The translations under genes were made by a program, and so were the position numbers. Shown here in pieces: positions 54,528 through 63,783 of a stretch of 64,000 nucleotides of DNA (its first letter is position 1; every line of letters begins with the position of its first letter). Source of the stretch: an uncultured Gemmatimonadota bacterium (lineage in GTDB: Bacteria > Gemmatimonadota > Gemmatimonadetes > Palauibacterales > Palauibacteraceae); NCBI GenBank assembly GCA_964509895.1, contig CAZDZJ010000119.1, forward strand, positions 817 through 64,816. The letters are read 5' to 3'. The notes beneath the pieces were generated by a model. It saw only the letters and a list, made by a program, of their open reading frames with translations. It had not been told where the DNA came from and ran no database searches.

Positions 54528-54544
54528 GTAATTACTGTAATTAC
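54528..54544. promoter_or_regulatory. putative mazEF operator: two adjacent palindromic GTAATTAC boxes
   Basis: GTAATTAC-T-GTAATTAC lies about 30 nt upstream of the mazE start. Each octamer is self-complementary, and this is the only AT-rich element in the divergent spacer. Confidence 0.45.
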
Positions 54545-54654
54545 GCTCCGTCGCCAGTCAAGCCGCGAGCCCAGGCGTGGACCGGGACCCTCGGCCGTGC
54601 TTAGTGTCGTGGGCGGTCTCATCTCTCCATCAATCGAAAGACCGGAGCCAGACC

Positions 54655-55179
54655 ATGTCGAAGCTGATCGTCGTCGCCCTCGCGGCAGGTGTCCTGTGGA
54701 GCGCGCCCGGCGACAGGCCGGACAACCCGCCGGCCACGTACATCTCCGCGGCCGACATCCTCGCCACGATCGCGAACGCGCCCGAGGGCCGGGTCAGCGA
54801 CCAGCAGATCCGGCATATCGACGCGGGGGGACACAACGCCGGCGTCGGCGTGGTCCAGCGCCCGCCGACCACGTCGCTCGGGGCGATCCAGCACCATCAG
54901 CAGACCGAGGTCTACTACGTCGTCTCCGGACGCGGGACTTTGGTGACGGGTGGCGAACTGTCGGACGCCCGCGAACTCGACCCCGAGGGCCGAACCGTGC
55001 TCACGCTCACCGGCCCCAGCGCCGTGGGCGGGATCGTGGGGGGCCGGAGCCAGGAGATCGGCCCCGGCGACATGCTCATCATTCCGGCGGGCTCGCCGCA
55101 CGGCTTCAGCGAGATCACCGAGACGATCACCTACATCGTCGTGCGCGTGGACCCCGAGCAACTCGTCGAGCTGAAGTAG
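54655..55179 (+). CDS. cupin domain protein with signal peptide
   Basis: Starts at ATG 54655 (GGAG upstream) inside ORF 54577-55179. N-terminus MSKLIVVALAAGVLWSAP. Cupin strands HHQQTEVYYVVSGRGTL and GDMLIIPAGSPHGF. Confidence 0.7.
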   Translation: MSKLIVVALAAGVLWSAPGDRPDNPPATYISAADILATIANAPEGRVSDQQIRHIDAGGHNAGVGVVQRPPTTSLGAIQHHQQTEVYYVVSGRGTLVTGGELSDARELDPEGRTVLTLTGPSAVGGIVGGRSQEIGPGDMLIIPAGSPHGFSEITETITYIVVRVDPEQLVELK

Positions 55180-55189
55180 GAGGCACGGT

Positions 55190-56908
55190 ATGGGCGACTT
55201 CACGCGGCGTGACTTCATGGCGGTCTCCGGCCTCGCGGCGGGAGGCGCGGCGCTTGCCGGCTGCGGGCCCGGGGGCGCCGGCGGCGGATCCGGCTCCGCC
55301 GCCGGTACCGCCGCGGGTGGCCACGCGGATATCGTCGTGCGCGGCGCGACCGTCTACACGGTAGACGACGACCTGCCGCGCGCCGAGGCGTTCGCCGTCA
55401 GGAGCGGCCGCTTCCTCGCCGTGGGATCGAGCGACGACGTGTCGAACCTCATCGGCCAGGGCACGGAGGTCATCGACGCCACCGGCCACACCGTCGTCCC
55501 CGGCTTCATCGACGCCCACAACCACCCGTTCTACTCCGGCACCAAGCACCTCAAGCAGGTCAGCCTCGACGTGCGCTCGATCCAGGGGATCAAGAGCGCG
55601 CTCAGCGAGCGCGCCCAGAACACGCCGCCGGGCCAGTGGGTACAGGGCTTCCTCTACGACGACACGAAGCTGGAGGACGGCCGTCCCCTGACCCGGGCCG
55701 ACATCGACGACGCCGTCCCCGACCACCCCGTCTCCGTCACGCACCGGGGCGGCCACACCGGCGTCTACAACTCGAGGGCGTTCGAACTCGCCGGGATCAC
55801 CGCCGACACGCCGGACCCGCCCGGCGGCAAGTTCTACAAGGAGAACGGGGCACTCACCGGGCGCGTGGCGGAACACGCCAAGGACCCGCTCGAGAGCCTC
55901 ATCCCCGCCGGCACGACCCGCGCGGAGCGGCAGGAGAGCATCCGCCTCATCGGCGAACGCATGGCGGCGGCCGGCCTCACCTCGGTCCACGAGACCGGGG
56001 CCGGCAACGACCTCGTGAGCTACCAGGACGCCCATGAGGCAGGGGAACTGCACTTCCGCGCCTACGTCTTCCCGAACGCCGGCGACCCCTCCGGCCTCTT
56101 CGACGCCCTCAAGGCGGCGGGCATCCGCACCGGCTTCGGGGACGAGTGGGTGAAGGTGGGCGGGATCAAGTACGGGGCGGACGGCTCCGCCTCCGAGCGC
56201 ACGATGGCGATGTCGACGCCCTACGTCGGGCGTCCGGACGACTACGGCATCCTCACCATGAACCAGGAGGAGATCCACGAGGCGGTGGATGACGCGGTCC
56301 GGAACGGTTGGCAGATCGGCATCCACGCCAACGGCGATCTCGCGATCGACATGTGCCTCAACGCCTTCGAGCGTGCGCAGCGGGAGATGCCGCAGGCCGA
56401 CCCCCGTTTCCGCCTCGAGCACTGCTCTCTCGTGAACGACGACCTCCTGCGCAGGATCCGGGACGTGGGGGCGATCCCGACCCCCTTCTACACCTACGTC
56501 CACTTCCACGGGAACAAGTGGGGCGAGTACGGCGCCGAGAAGATGGAGTGGATGTTCGCCCACCGCCGCTTCATCGACTACGGAATCCCGGTGGCGGGCG
56601 CCTCCGACTATCCGCCGGGCCCCTTCGAGGCGTTGATGGGCATCCAGAGCATGGTCACGCGCACCGACATGCAGGGACGCGAGTGGGGCCCGAGCCAGAA
56701 GATCACGGTTCCCGAGGCGCTCCGCGTGTGCACGATCAACGGCGCGCACGCGGCGTTCGAGGAAGACGGCAAGGGCTCGATCACGGCAGGCAAGCTGGCG
56801 GATTTCGTGATCCTGGCGGAGGATCCGCACGCGGTCGATCCCTTCGCGATCAAGGAGATCGAGATTCTGCGCACCGTAGTCGGCGGCCGCGCGACCTACG
56901 AAGCCTGA
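55190..56908 (+). CDS. amidohydrolase family (Amidohydro_3-like) metallo-hydrolase, TAT lipoprotein
   Basis: AGGAGG RBS. Signal RRDFMAVSGLAAGGAALAGC. Motifs: PGFIDAHNHP (HxH), IGIHANGD, GASDYPPGP. Confidence 0.9.
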   Translation: MGDFTRRDFMAVSGLAAGGAALAGCGPGGAGGGSGSAAGTAAGGHADIVVRGATVYTVDDDLPRAEAFAVRSGRFLAVGSSDDVSNLIGQGTEVIDATGHTVVPGFIDAHNHPFYSGTKHLKQVSLDVRSIQGIKSALSERAQNTPPGQWVQGFLYDDTKLEDGRPLTRADIDDAVPDHPVSVTHRGGHTGVYNSRAFELAGITADTPDPPGGKFYKENGALTGRVAEHAKDPLESLIPAGTTRAERQESIRLIGERMAAAGLTSVHETGAGNDLVSYQDAHEAGELHFRAYVFPNAGDPSGLFDALKAAGIRTGFGDEWVKVGGIKYGADGSASERTMAMSTPYVGRPDDYGILTMNQEEIHEAVDDAVRNGWQIGIHANGDLAIDMCLNAFERAQREMPQADPRFRLEHCSLVNDDLLRRIRDVGAIPTPFYTYVHFHGNKWGEYGAEKMEWMFAHRRFIDYGIPVAGASDYPPGPFEALMGIQSMVTRTDMQGREWGPSQKITVPEALRVCTINGAHAAFEEDGKGSITAGKLADFVILAEDPHAVDPFAIKEIEILRTVVGGRATYEA

Positions 56909-56919
56909 GGGAGACGAGG

Positions 56920-58623
56920 ATGAGCGAGGTCAATCGGCGGGAATTCATGGCCCTTTCGGGGCTGGCGGCGGGTGGCGCCGCACTCGCGGGCTGCGCCCAG
57001 TCGGGGCGAGGCGGGGCGCGCGCGGGCGCCGACGGCGGACACGCGGACCAGATCGTGACGAACGCCACCATCTACACGGTCGACGATGACCTCCCGCAGG
57101 CCGAGGCGCTCGCCGTGAAGAGCGGCCGCTTCCTCGCCGTGGGCTCGAACCGCGACATCGAGAACCTCGCCGGACCCGGCACCGAGCGCATCGACGCCGG
57201 CGGCGGCACCATCGTCCCGGGCTTCATCGACGCGCACAACCACCCCTCGTCCGCCGGCATGCGCCACCTCACGCAGGTGGACATGAACATCCGCACGATC
57301 GAGGGGATGAAGTCCGCGCTCCGCGAGCGGGCCCAGAACACGCCACCGGGCGAGTGGGTCGTCGGCTTCCTGTACGACGACACGAAGATCGAGGAGGGCC
57401 GGCCCCTCAACCGCCTCGACATCGACGACGCGGTCCCCGACCATCCGGTGCAGGTCACGCACCGCGGCGGCCACACGAGCGTGTACAACTCGAAGGCGTT
57501 CGAACTCGCCGGGATCACGGTCGACACGCCGGACCCGCCCGGCGGGCACTTCTACCGCGAGGACGGCGAACTGACGGGCAAGGTGGCGTCACTCGCTCGC
57601 CGCCCGCTGCAGCGCCTCGTCCCCGGAGGGAGCACGCGCGACGAGCGCGCGGCCGGCGTCGCCCTCATCGGAGAGCTGATGTCGGCCGCCGGCATCACCT
57701 CGGTCCACGAGACCGGCGGGAGCAGCCAGGGCCTCACCGCGCTGCAGGACGCGTACGACGCCGGGGACCTCCGCTTCCGCATGTACTACTTCCCCTCCGG
57801 AGGCGGCGGCCTGTTCGCGGCCCTCAAGCAGGCCGGCGTCCGGACCGGCTTCGGGGACGAGAACCTGCGTATCGGCGCGGTCAAGTACAGCGCGGACGGC
57901 TCGGCCTCGGAGCGCACGATGGCGATGCGCACGCCGTACGTCGGGCGCCCCGACGACTACGGCATCAGCACCATGAGCCAGGAGGATATCCACGAGGCGG
58001 TGGACGACGCCGTCCGCGCCGGCTTCCAGATCGGGATCCACGCGAACGGCGACAAGACAATCGACATGTGTCTCAACGCCTTCGAGCGCGCCCAGCGGGA
58101 GATGCCGCAGGCCGACCCCCGCTTCCGCCTCGAGCACTGCTCGCTGGTGGACGATCCCCTCCTCCGGCGTATCCGGGACATCGGCGCCATCCCCACCCCG
58201 TTCTACACCTACATCCACTTCCACGGGAACAAGTGGGGCGAGTACGGGCCGGAGAAGATGGAATGGATGTTCGCCCACCGGAGGTTCCTCGACTACGACA
58301 TCCCGGTGGCGGGCGCGTCCGACTACCCGCCGGGCCCGTTCGAGGCGATGATGGCGATCCAGAGCATGGTCACGCGCACGGACATGCAGGGCCGCGAATG
58401 GGGCCCCAGCCAGAGAATCTCCGTCCCGGAGGCGCTCCGCATCTGCACGATCAACGGAGCCCACGCCTCCTTCGAGGAGGACATCAAGGGCTCGATCACG
58501 GAGGGCAAGCTGGCGGACTACGTCGTGCTCGGGGCCGATCCCCATACGGCGGACCCGTACGCCATCAAGGAGATCGAGGTCGTCCGCACCGTTCTGGGCG
58601 GCCGTACCACCCACGAAGCCTGA
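56920..58623 (+). CDS. amidohydrolase family metallo-hydrolase, TAT lipoprotein (tandem paralog)
   Basis: Starts at ATG 56920 inside ORF 56308-58623. Signal RREFMALSGLAAGGAALAGC. Same motifs as the upstream copy, with long identical runs such as IDMCLNAFERAQREMPQADPRFRLEHCSLV. Confidence 0.9.
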   Translation: MSEVNRREFMALSGLAAGGAALAGCAQSGRGGARAGADGGHADQIVTNATIYTVDDDLPQAEALAVKSGRFLAVGSNRDIENLAGPGTERIDAGGGTIVPGFIDAHNHPSSAGMRHLTQVDMNIRTIEGMKSALRERAQNTPPGEWVVGFLYDDTKIEEGRPLNRLDIDDAVPDHPVQVTHRGGHTSVYNSKAFELAGITVDTPDPPGGHFYREDGELTGKVASLARRPLQRLVPGGSTRDERAAGVALIGELMSAAGITSVHETGGSSQGLTALQDAYDAGDLRFRMYYFPSGGGGLFAALKQAGVRTGFGDENLRIGAVKYSADGSASERTMAMRTPYVGRPDDYGISTMSQEDIHEAVDDAVRAGFQIGIHANGDKTIDMCLNAFERAQREMPQADPRFRLEHCSLVDDPLLRRIRDIGAIPTPFYTYIHFHGNKWGEYGPEKMEWMFAHRRFLDYDIPVAGASDYPPGPFEAMMAIQSMVTRTDMQGREWGPSQRISVPEALRICTINGAHASFEEDIKGSITEGKLADYVVLGADPHTADPYAIKEIEVVRTVLGGRTTHEA

Positions 58624-58624
58624 G

Positions 58625-58647
58625 CCTGTCCGGCACCTGAGGACAGG
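58625..58647 (+). terminator. hairpin directly after the amidohydrolase stop (possible terminator, no U-tract)
   Basis: CCTGTCC (58625-58631), a 9-nt loop, then GGACAGG (58641-58647). Confidence 0.3.
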
Positions 58648-58778
58648 GGTCCGAATCCCCGGGGTCTCGAAGGACCTTGCATAGCCCCGCCAGGTCTCGC
58701 GTGATACCGTTCGACCGGCGCACCGCCCGGACCGCCACAAACGCTCGAAACCAGCCAACCTGAAGCATCGGAGTCGTC

Positions 58779-59558
58779 ATGAGTGACGTCCTTCTCGTCG
58801 AGAAGCTCGACGGACATATCGCCAAACTCACGGTTAACCGGCCGGACAAGCTCAACGCGCTGAACGGCGCCGTCCGCTGCGCCGTCTTCGGCGCGCTGGA
58901 CCGTCTTGCGGCCGACGACGATGTCCGCGTCGTCGTCATCACGGGAGCCGGCGACCGCTCCTTCATCGCGGGCGCCGACATCTCGGAGTTCAAGGACGCG
59001 CGACCCGTCGAGCAGTACCGCAGCATGGCGCGCGGCGACATCTACGGCGCGGTCGAATCCTTCGCGAAGCCCATCATCGCGATGATCAACGGCTTCTGCC
59101 TCGGCGGGGGCTGCGAACTCGCCATGTCGTGCGACATGCGCGTCGCGTCGACCGAGGCGCGGATCGGCCAGCCGGAGATCAACCTCGGGCTCATCCCGGG
59201 CGCCGGGGGCACGCAGCGCCTCCCGCGGCTGGTCGGCGAGGGATGGGCGATGCGCCTCGTCATGAGCGGCGAACTGATTTCGGGCGAGAAGGCCGAGCGG
59301 ATCGGGCTCGTTGAAGCCGCGGTCGCCCCGGAGGAACTCGAGGACCACGTGATGGCACTGGCCGCGAACATCGCCAGCCGCAGCCCGGTCGCGCTTCAGG
59401 CAGCCAAGGAATCCATCCTCGCCGCCCGGCGGATGCCGCTGGATGAGGGGCTGAAGTTCGAGCGGAGCTGGTTCTCGCTCCTCTTCTCCACGGACGACAT
59501 GGCGGAGGGCGTGGGCGCCTTCCTGGAGAAGCGGAAGCCCGAGTTCAGGGGCTCCTGA
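58779..59558 (+). CDS. enoyl-CoA hydratase/isomerase family protein
   Basis: N-terminus MSDVLLVEKLDGHIAKLTVNRPDKLNAL. Motifs: FIAGADI, INGFCLGGGCELAMSCDMRVA, QPEINLGLIPGAGGTQRL. Confidence 0.9.
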   Translation: MSDVLLVEKLDGHIAKLTVNRPDKLNALNGAVRCAVFGALDRLAADDDVRVVVITGAGDRSFIAGADISEFKDARPVEQYRSMARGDIYGAVESFAKPIIAMINGFCLGGGCELAMSCDMRVASTEARIGQPEINLGLIPGAGGTQRLPRLVGEGWAMRLVMSGELISGEKAERIGLVEAAVAPEELEDHVMALAANIASRSPVALQAAKESILAARRMPLDEGLKFERSWFSLLFSTDDMAEGVGAFLEKRKPEFRGS

Positions 59559-59581
59559 GGAGGTTCGACGAAACCGTGGCG

Positions 59582-59601
59582 GCGCCGGGACTGCCCGGCG
59601 C
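59582..59601. terminator. perfect 8-bp GC hairpin between convergent genes (possible bidirectional terminator)
   Basis: GCGCCGGG-ACTG-CCCGGCGC lies between the crotonase stop (59558) and the rpmA stop (59658). There is no U-tract. Confidence 0.3.
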
Positions 59602-59657
59602 GGCTGCAGCCGGTGGCGGTACGGCTGCGAGCGCGCGGCGGGCTGGCGTCGTGACGA

Positions 59658-59915
59658 CTATGCTCCCGGCGTCACCACGCTGACGAAGCGGCGGCCTCGC
59701 CGCCGGTGGAACTCCACCTGTCCGTCGGCGAGCGCGAACAGCGTGTCGTCCCTGCCCCGGCCGACGTTGCGGCCCGGGTGGAAGGCCGTTCCCCGTTGCC
59801 GGACAATGATGTTGCCGGCGATGACCTGCTCGCCCCCATACCTCTTGACCCCGAGATACTGAGGGTTCGAATCGCGTCCGTTGCGGCTGGAGCCGACACC
59901 CTTCTTGTGTGCCAT
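59658..59915 (-). CDS. rpmA: 50S ribosomal protein L27
   Basis: [43 protein letters not shown]..., 85 aa. The start shares 1 nt with the rplU stop (TGATG). Confidence 0.97.
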   Translation of the reverse strand: MAHKKGVGSSRNGRDSNPQYLGVKRYGGEQVIAGNIIVRQRGTAFHPGRNVGRGRDDTLFALADGQVEFHRRRGRRFVSVVTPGA

Positions 59916-60496
59916 CAGTCGCCTTCCTTCGCCCCAATGGCCTTGTCCACATCGCTCTTGAGGATCCGGCCGTCCTTGCCCGTCCCCTCGATCGTCGCGA
60001 GGTCGATGCCGTGTTCCTCGGCCAGCTTCCGGGCCACCGGCGTGATGTCCACCGGCGTGCGCTCGGCGGCCTCGGATTCCGGAGCGGCCTCCGCTGCGGG
60101 AGTCGCTTTCGGCTCCGCGGCGGCCTTCGGCTTCGGCGCCTTCGGGGCCGCCTTCGCCTTCGGGGCCGCCTCCTGCGGCTCGTCGGGCAGATCGATGCCG
60201 ACAATCCGGATCTCGGTGTACCCCTGGCGGTGGCCCTGCTTCCGCCGGTAGCCCTTCCGCCGCTTCATCTTGTAGACGACGATCTTGTCGCCGCGCCCGT
60301 GGCTCACGACCTCGGCCGCGACCGAGGCGCCCGTCACGCACGGGGCTCCGACATGCACGTCCCCGTCCTGCTCGGCGAGCAGCACATCGTCGAACCTGAC
60401 CGTCTCCCCGGGCTCGGCCGCGAGGGAGGGGATGCGGAGCACGGCGTCTTCCACCGCGCGGAACTGCTTCCCCTGTGCCTTGAATATCGCGTACAT
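59915..60496 (-). CDS. rplU: 50S ribosomal protein L21 with C-terminal Ala/Pro/Lys linker and E3-binding (PSBD)-like domain
   Basis: The L21 core is [23 protein letters not shown]...[28 protein letters not shown] (about 100 aa). An [20 protein letters not shown] linker follows, then [36 protein letters not shown]. Confidence 0.93.
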   Translation of the reverse strand: MYAIFKAQGKQFRAVEDAVLRIPSLAAEPGETVRFDDVLLAEQDGDVHVGAPCVTGASVAAEVVSHGRGDKIVVYKMKRRKGYRRKQGHRQGYTEIRIVGIDLPDEPQEAAPKAKAAPKAPKPKAAAEPKATPAAEAAPESEAAERTPVDITPVARKLAEEHGIDLATIEGTGKDGRILKSDVDKAIGAKEGD

Positions 60497-60564
60497 ATCG
60501 TCAGATCACTGCTGGAATTCCACGAATTGCGAGCCGTTGAGACTATCCGCGACGGGCGGACGTG

Positions 60565-60598
60565 TCAAACAAAATCGCGCCCGGAAGCCGCCGGGAGC
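60565..60598 (-). terminator. putative intrinsic terminator/attenuator between rng and rplU
   Basis: The minus strand reads GCTCCCGG-CGGCTT-CCGGGCGC (7 of 8 bp paired) followed by GATTTTGTTTG. Confidence 0.4.
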
Positions 60599-60632
60599 GG
60601 ACGGGTCCACAGGTTCCGTCGACCTCCTGCGA

Positions 60633-62156
60633 TCAGCTCGAAATGTACTTCTTCGTAACGTCGGCGTCGGCGGGGTGCGCCAGGAGCCGGAACTCGTCGA
60701 GACCGAGTAACGGATCGTCGCGCAGCTCGATCGCGATCCCGCCGTTGCTCCGCATTCGGTCCAGGAACTCGCGCTCGCGTTCCAGCAGGTGGAGGGCGAT
60801 CACCGGGTGCGTGAGGATCGTGATCCCGCTCTCTCTTCCCGCGGCCGTAACCCGGTCCAGCGCCCGCTCGAGGCGGCGGACGACCGTCTCCGAAGCGAGG
60901 ATTCTCCCCGCGCCCTCGCAGTAGGGGCAGGGTTCCATCATCCGCTGGTGGAGGCTGGGACTCACGCGCTGGCGGCTGAGCTGGAGGAGGCCGAGTTCGG
61001 AGAGGCCGAACACCTTCGTGCGCGCGCGGTCGTGGCCGAGCAGCGTTCTTACCTGCTGCACGACCTTGTTGCGCGACTCTTCCTCGTTCATGTCGATGAA
61101 GTCGATGACGATGATCCCGCCCACGTCCCGCAGCCGGAGTTGGCGGGCGATCTCCCCCGCCGCCTCGAGGTTCGTCTTGAGGATGGTTCTTGCCGGATCC
61201 TTGCGCCCGGTGTAGCGGCCCGTGTTCACGTCGATCGAGACGAGTGCCTCCGTCTGCTCGATGACGACGTGGCCACCGGACTTGAGATGTACCTTGCGCC
61301 GGAAGGCCCGCCGGATCTCCTCCTCGATCCCGAACTCGTCGAAAATCGGTGCGGAGCCGTCGTACCGGCTCACGCGTTCGAGCAGGTCCGGGTCCACCTG
61401 CCCCAGGTAGGAGCGGATCTCGTGGTACAGCTCCTGCGAATCCACCGTGAGGAGGTCGATCCGATCGCTGAACAGGTCGCGGATGATGCCCGACGTCAGC
61501 CGCGCGTCCTGGTACACGAGCGCGGGCGCCTTCATCCCCTTCTGCCGGCGGCGCGCCTTCGTCCACGTCTTCCGCAGGGATTTCAGTTCCCGCTCGCACG
61601 CCTCTTTCGTCAACTCCTCCCCGACGGTCCGGACGATGACACCGCCTTCGTCGCCGAGGATGTCCCGCACCATCTTCCGCAGGCGGGAGCGCGTCTCGCG
61701 GTCGTCGATCTTGCGGCTGACCCCGATGTGGGAGGAGTCCGGGATGTACACGAGGAACCGGCCCGGCAGGGAGACCTGCGTCGTGACGCGCGCGCCCTTC
61801 GTCCCGATGGGCTCCTTGACGACCTGGACGAGGAGCGTCTGATCCTTGCGGATCGATTCCTCGATGCGTGGCTGGTTGCCGTTGCGGCTGCCGCGACGGC
61901 CCCCGTTCCCCTCATCGTCGGCATCCTCATCGGGCTGCAGATCGGAGGCGTGCAGGAAGGCGGACTTCTCGGCCCCGATGTTGACGAAGGCCGCCTGAAG
62001 TCCGGGTACGATCGCTTCGACCACGCCGAGATAGATATCTCCGGCCATGCGCCGCTCGTCGGGCCGTTCGTACATCAGTTCGACGAGCTTGTGGTCTTCG
62101 AGGATCGCGACCCGTGTCTCGCGGGTCGTGGCGTTTACGACGATCTCGCGGCGCAC
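60633..62156 (-). CDS. rng: ribonuclease E/G family protein (RNase G-like)
   Basis: N-terminal S1 domain GDIYLGVVEAIVPGLQAAFVNIG, catalytic core GGIIVIDFIDM, and the Zn-link-like CPYCEGAG. It is about 500 aa and lies upstream of rplU-rpmA, as in many bacteria. Confidence 0.92.
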   Translation of the reverse strand: MRREIVVNATTRETRVAILEDHKLVELMYERPDERRMAGDIYLGVVEAIVPGLQAAFVNIGAEKSAFLHASDLQPDEDADDEGNGGRRGSRNGNQPRIEESIRKDQTLLVQVVKEPIGTKGARVTTQVSLPGRFLVYIPDSSHIGVSRKIDDRETRSRLRKMVRDILGDEGGVIVRTVGEELTKEACERELKSLRKTWTKARRRQKGMKAPALVYQDARLTSGIIRDLFSDRIDLLTVDSQELYHEIRSYLGQVDPDLLERVSRYDGSAPIFDEFGIEEEIRRAFRRKVHLKSGGHVVIEQTEALVSIDVNTGRYTGRKDPARTILKTNLEAAGEIARQLRLRDVGGIIVIDFIDMNEEESRNKVVQQVRTLLGHDRARTKVFGLSELGLLQLSRQRVSPSLHQRMMEPCPYCEGAGRILASETVVRRLERALDRVTAAGRESGITILTHPVIALHLLEREREFLDRMRSNGGIAIELRDDPLLGLDEFRLLAHPADADVTKKYISS

Positions 62157-62319
62157 GTTATCTCAGTGCGCGCACGGGGCCGCCGTGCCCGGTTGCACTA
62201 CCAGAGGACTGACATCCTGTGAGACTCGATTCTTCGATGCGGACCGCCGGTCGCGCCGACCGGGGGCCCGTGTATGTCTTCGTTGCCGCGCGCCTTATGC
62301 GAAGCCTGCTCCGCGCAAT

Positions 62320-63546
62320 CTAATCGAGGGAGCCCGCTTCGCGCAGCATCTCCCGCGAAATGACGATCTTGAGGATCTCGCTCGTCCCCTCTCCGATCTC
62401 CGTGATCTTTGCGTCGCGCATCATCCGCTCGACGGGATACTCGCGCGAATAGCCGTACCCGCCGTGCAGCTGGACGGCCATCGTCGTCACGTCCATCGCC
62501 GTCTCCGAGGCGAACAGCTTGGCCATCGCGGCCTCCTTCTTGTGCCTCTTCCCCGCCATCCGGAGTCGCGCGGCCTCGTGCATCATGAGCCGCGCCGCGT
62601 GAATGCGCGTCTGGGCCTCGGCGAGCATGAAGCGAACGCCCTGGAAGTCGTGGATCTTCCGCTTGAACTGCTTCCGCTCGCCCGTGTAGCGGACGGTCTG
62701 ATCGAGGGCGCCCTGCGCGATCCCGATCGCGTGCGCGGCGATCCCGACCCGTCCACCGTCCAGCGTGTCGAGGAAGACGGGGAAACCCCGGTCGATCTCG
62801 CCGAGCACGTTCTCCTCCGGGACCTCCACGTCCTCCAGTGTGAGTTCGCGCGTATCGGACGCGTTCCAACCCAGCTTGCGCAGCTTCTGGCCCGCGGTGA
62901 ACCCCGGCATCGCGTCCAGGTCGGGAGAATGGCCGAACCCGACGCGCACGGCATCCTCCAGATCGCACGTCTCCTTGGTGAGGACGAACGCCGTGATCCC
63001 GCGCGAGCCCTTATCGGGCGACGTGAGGGCCCCGACGACGAACACTTCCCCAACACCGCCGTGGGTGATCCACGTCTTGCGACCGTTGAGAATCCACCGG
63101 TCCCCCGCCTTCCTGGCCGTCGTCCGCATGCCGCCCGCATCGGACCCCGAGCCCGGCTCCGTCAGCCCGAAGCCGCCGAGGACCCGGCCGGTGGCGAGGG
63201 GTCGGAGGAAGCGCTCCTTCTGCGCTTCCGTTCCCCAGCGCGCGATCGGCGTCGCGGCCAGGCTCGTGTGCGCCCCGACCATGATCGAATGACTCGCGTC
63301 CACGCGGGCAAGTTCCTCGACGGCGATCGATGCGGCGAGCAGGTCCATGCCGGCGCCGCCCAGCGATTCGTCGAACGGAATGCCGAACAGCCCCAGTTCC
63401 GACATGAGGGCGCCGGTGTCCCACGGGAAGTCCTCCGACTCGTCGTAGCGGGCGGCGACGGGCGCGATCTCGGCTTCCGCGAACTCGCGCACCATCTCGC
63501 GGATCAACCCGTGGTGATCCTCCAGAAAGTGGTCCGAATCTTCCAT
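62320..63546 (-). CDS. acyl-CoA dehydrogenase (short/medium-chain type)
   Basis: Motifs: GGFGLTEPGSGSDAGGM, WITHGG, and the C-terminal RDAKITEIGEGTSEI. Confidence 0.93.
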   Translation of the reverse strand: MEDSDHFLEDHHGLIREMVREFAEAEIAPVAARYDESEDFPWDTGALMSELGLFGIPFDESLGGAGMDLLAASIAVEELARVDASHSIMVGAHTSLAATPIARWGTEAQKERFLRPLATGRVLGGFGLTEPGSGSDAGGMRTTARKAGDRWILNGRKTWITHGGVGEVFVVGALTSPDKGSRGITAFVLTKETCDLEDAVRVGFGHSPDLDAMPGFTAGQKLRKLGWNASDTRELTLEDVEVPEENVLGEIDRGFPVFLDTLDGGRVGIAAHAIGIAQGALDQTVRYTGERKQFKRKIHDFQGVRFMLAEAQTRIHAARLMMHEAARLRMAGKRHKKEAAMAKLFASETAMDVTTMAVQLHGGYGYSREYPVERMMRDAKITEIGEGTSEILKIVISREMLREAGSLD

Positions 63547-63783
63547 CCGACTCCTCGGTTCGGTGGGCCCGGCCGGCCTCGGGCTCGACCGGTCTCGGGG
63601 TTTCGTGGCGGGCTGACTTCGGGACGCCGCGCCCCTAACGTACCGGAGGCGGGCCCACCGCCGAAACTTCAGGCGGCACCGGACGCGTCACGATAGGACT
63701 CCGGCAGGCGTTCACCCTATGGATGGCAAGGGTACAGGCCACGGTGCTATTCGCGTTCCGGTAACGGTGTCGAGAGGAGAACC

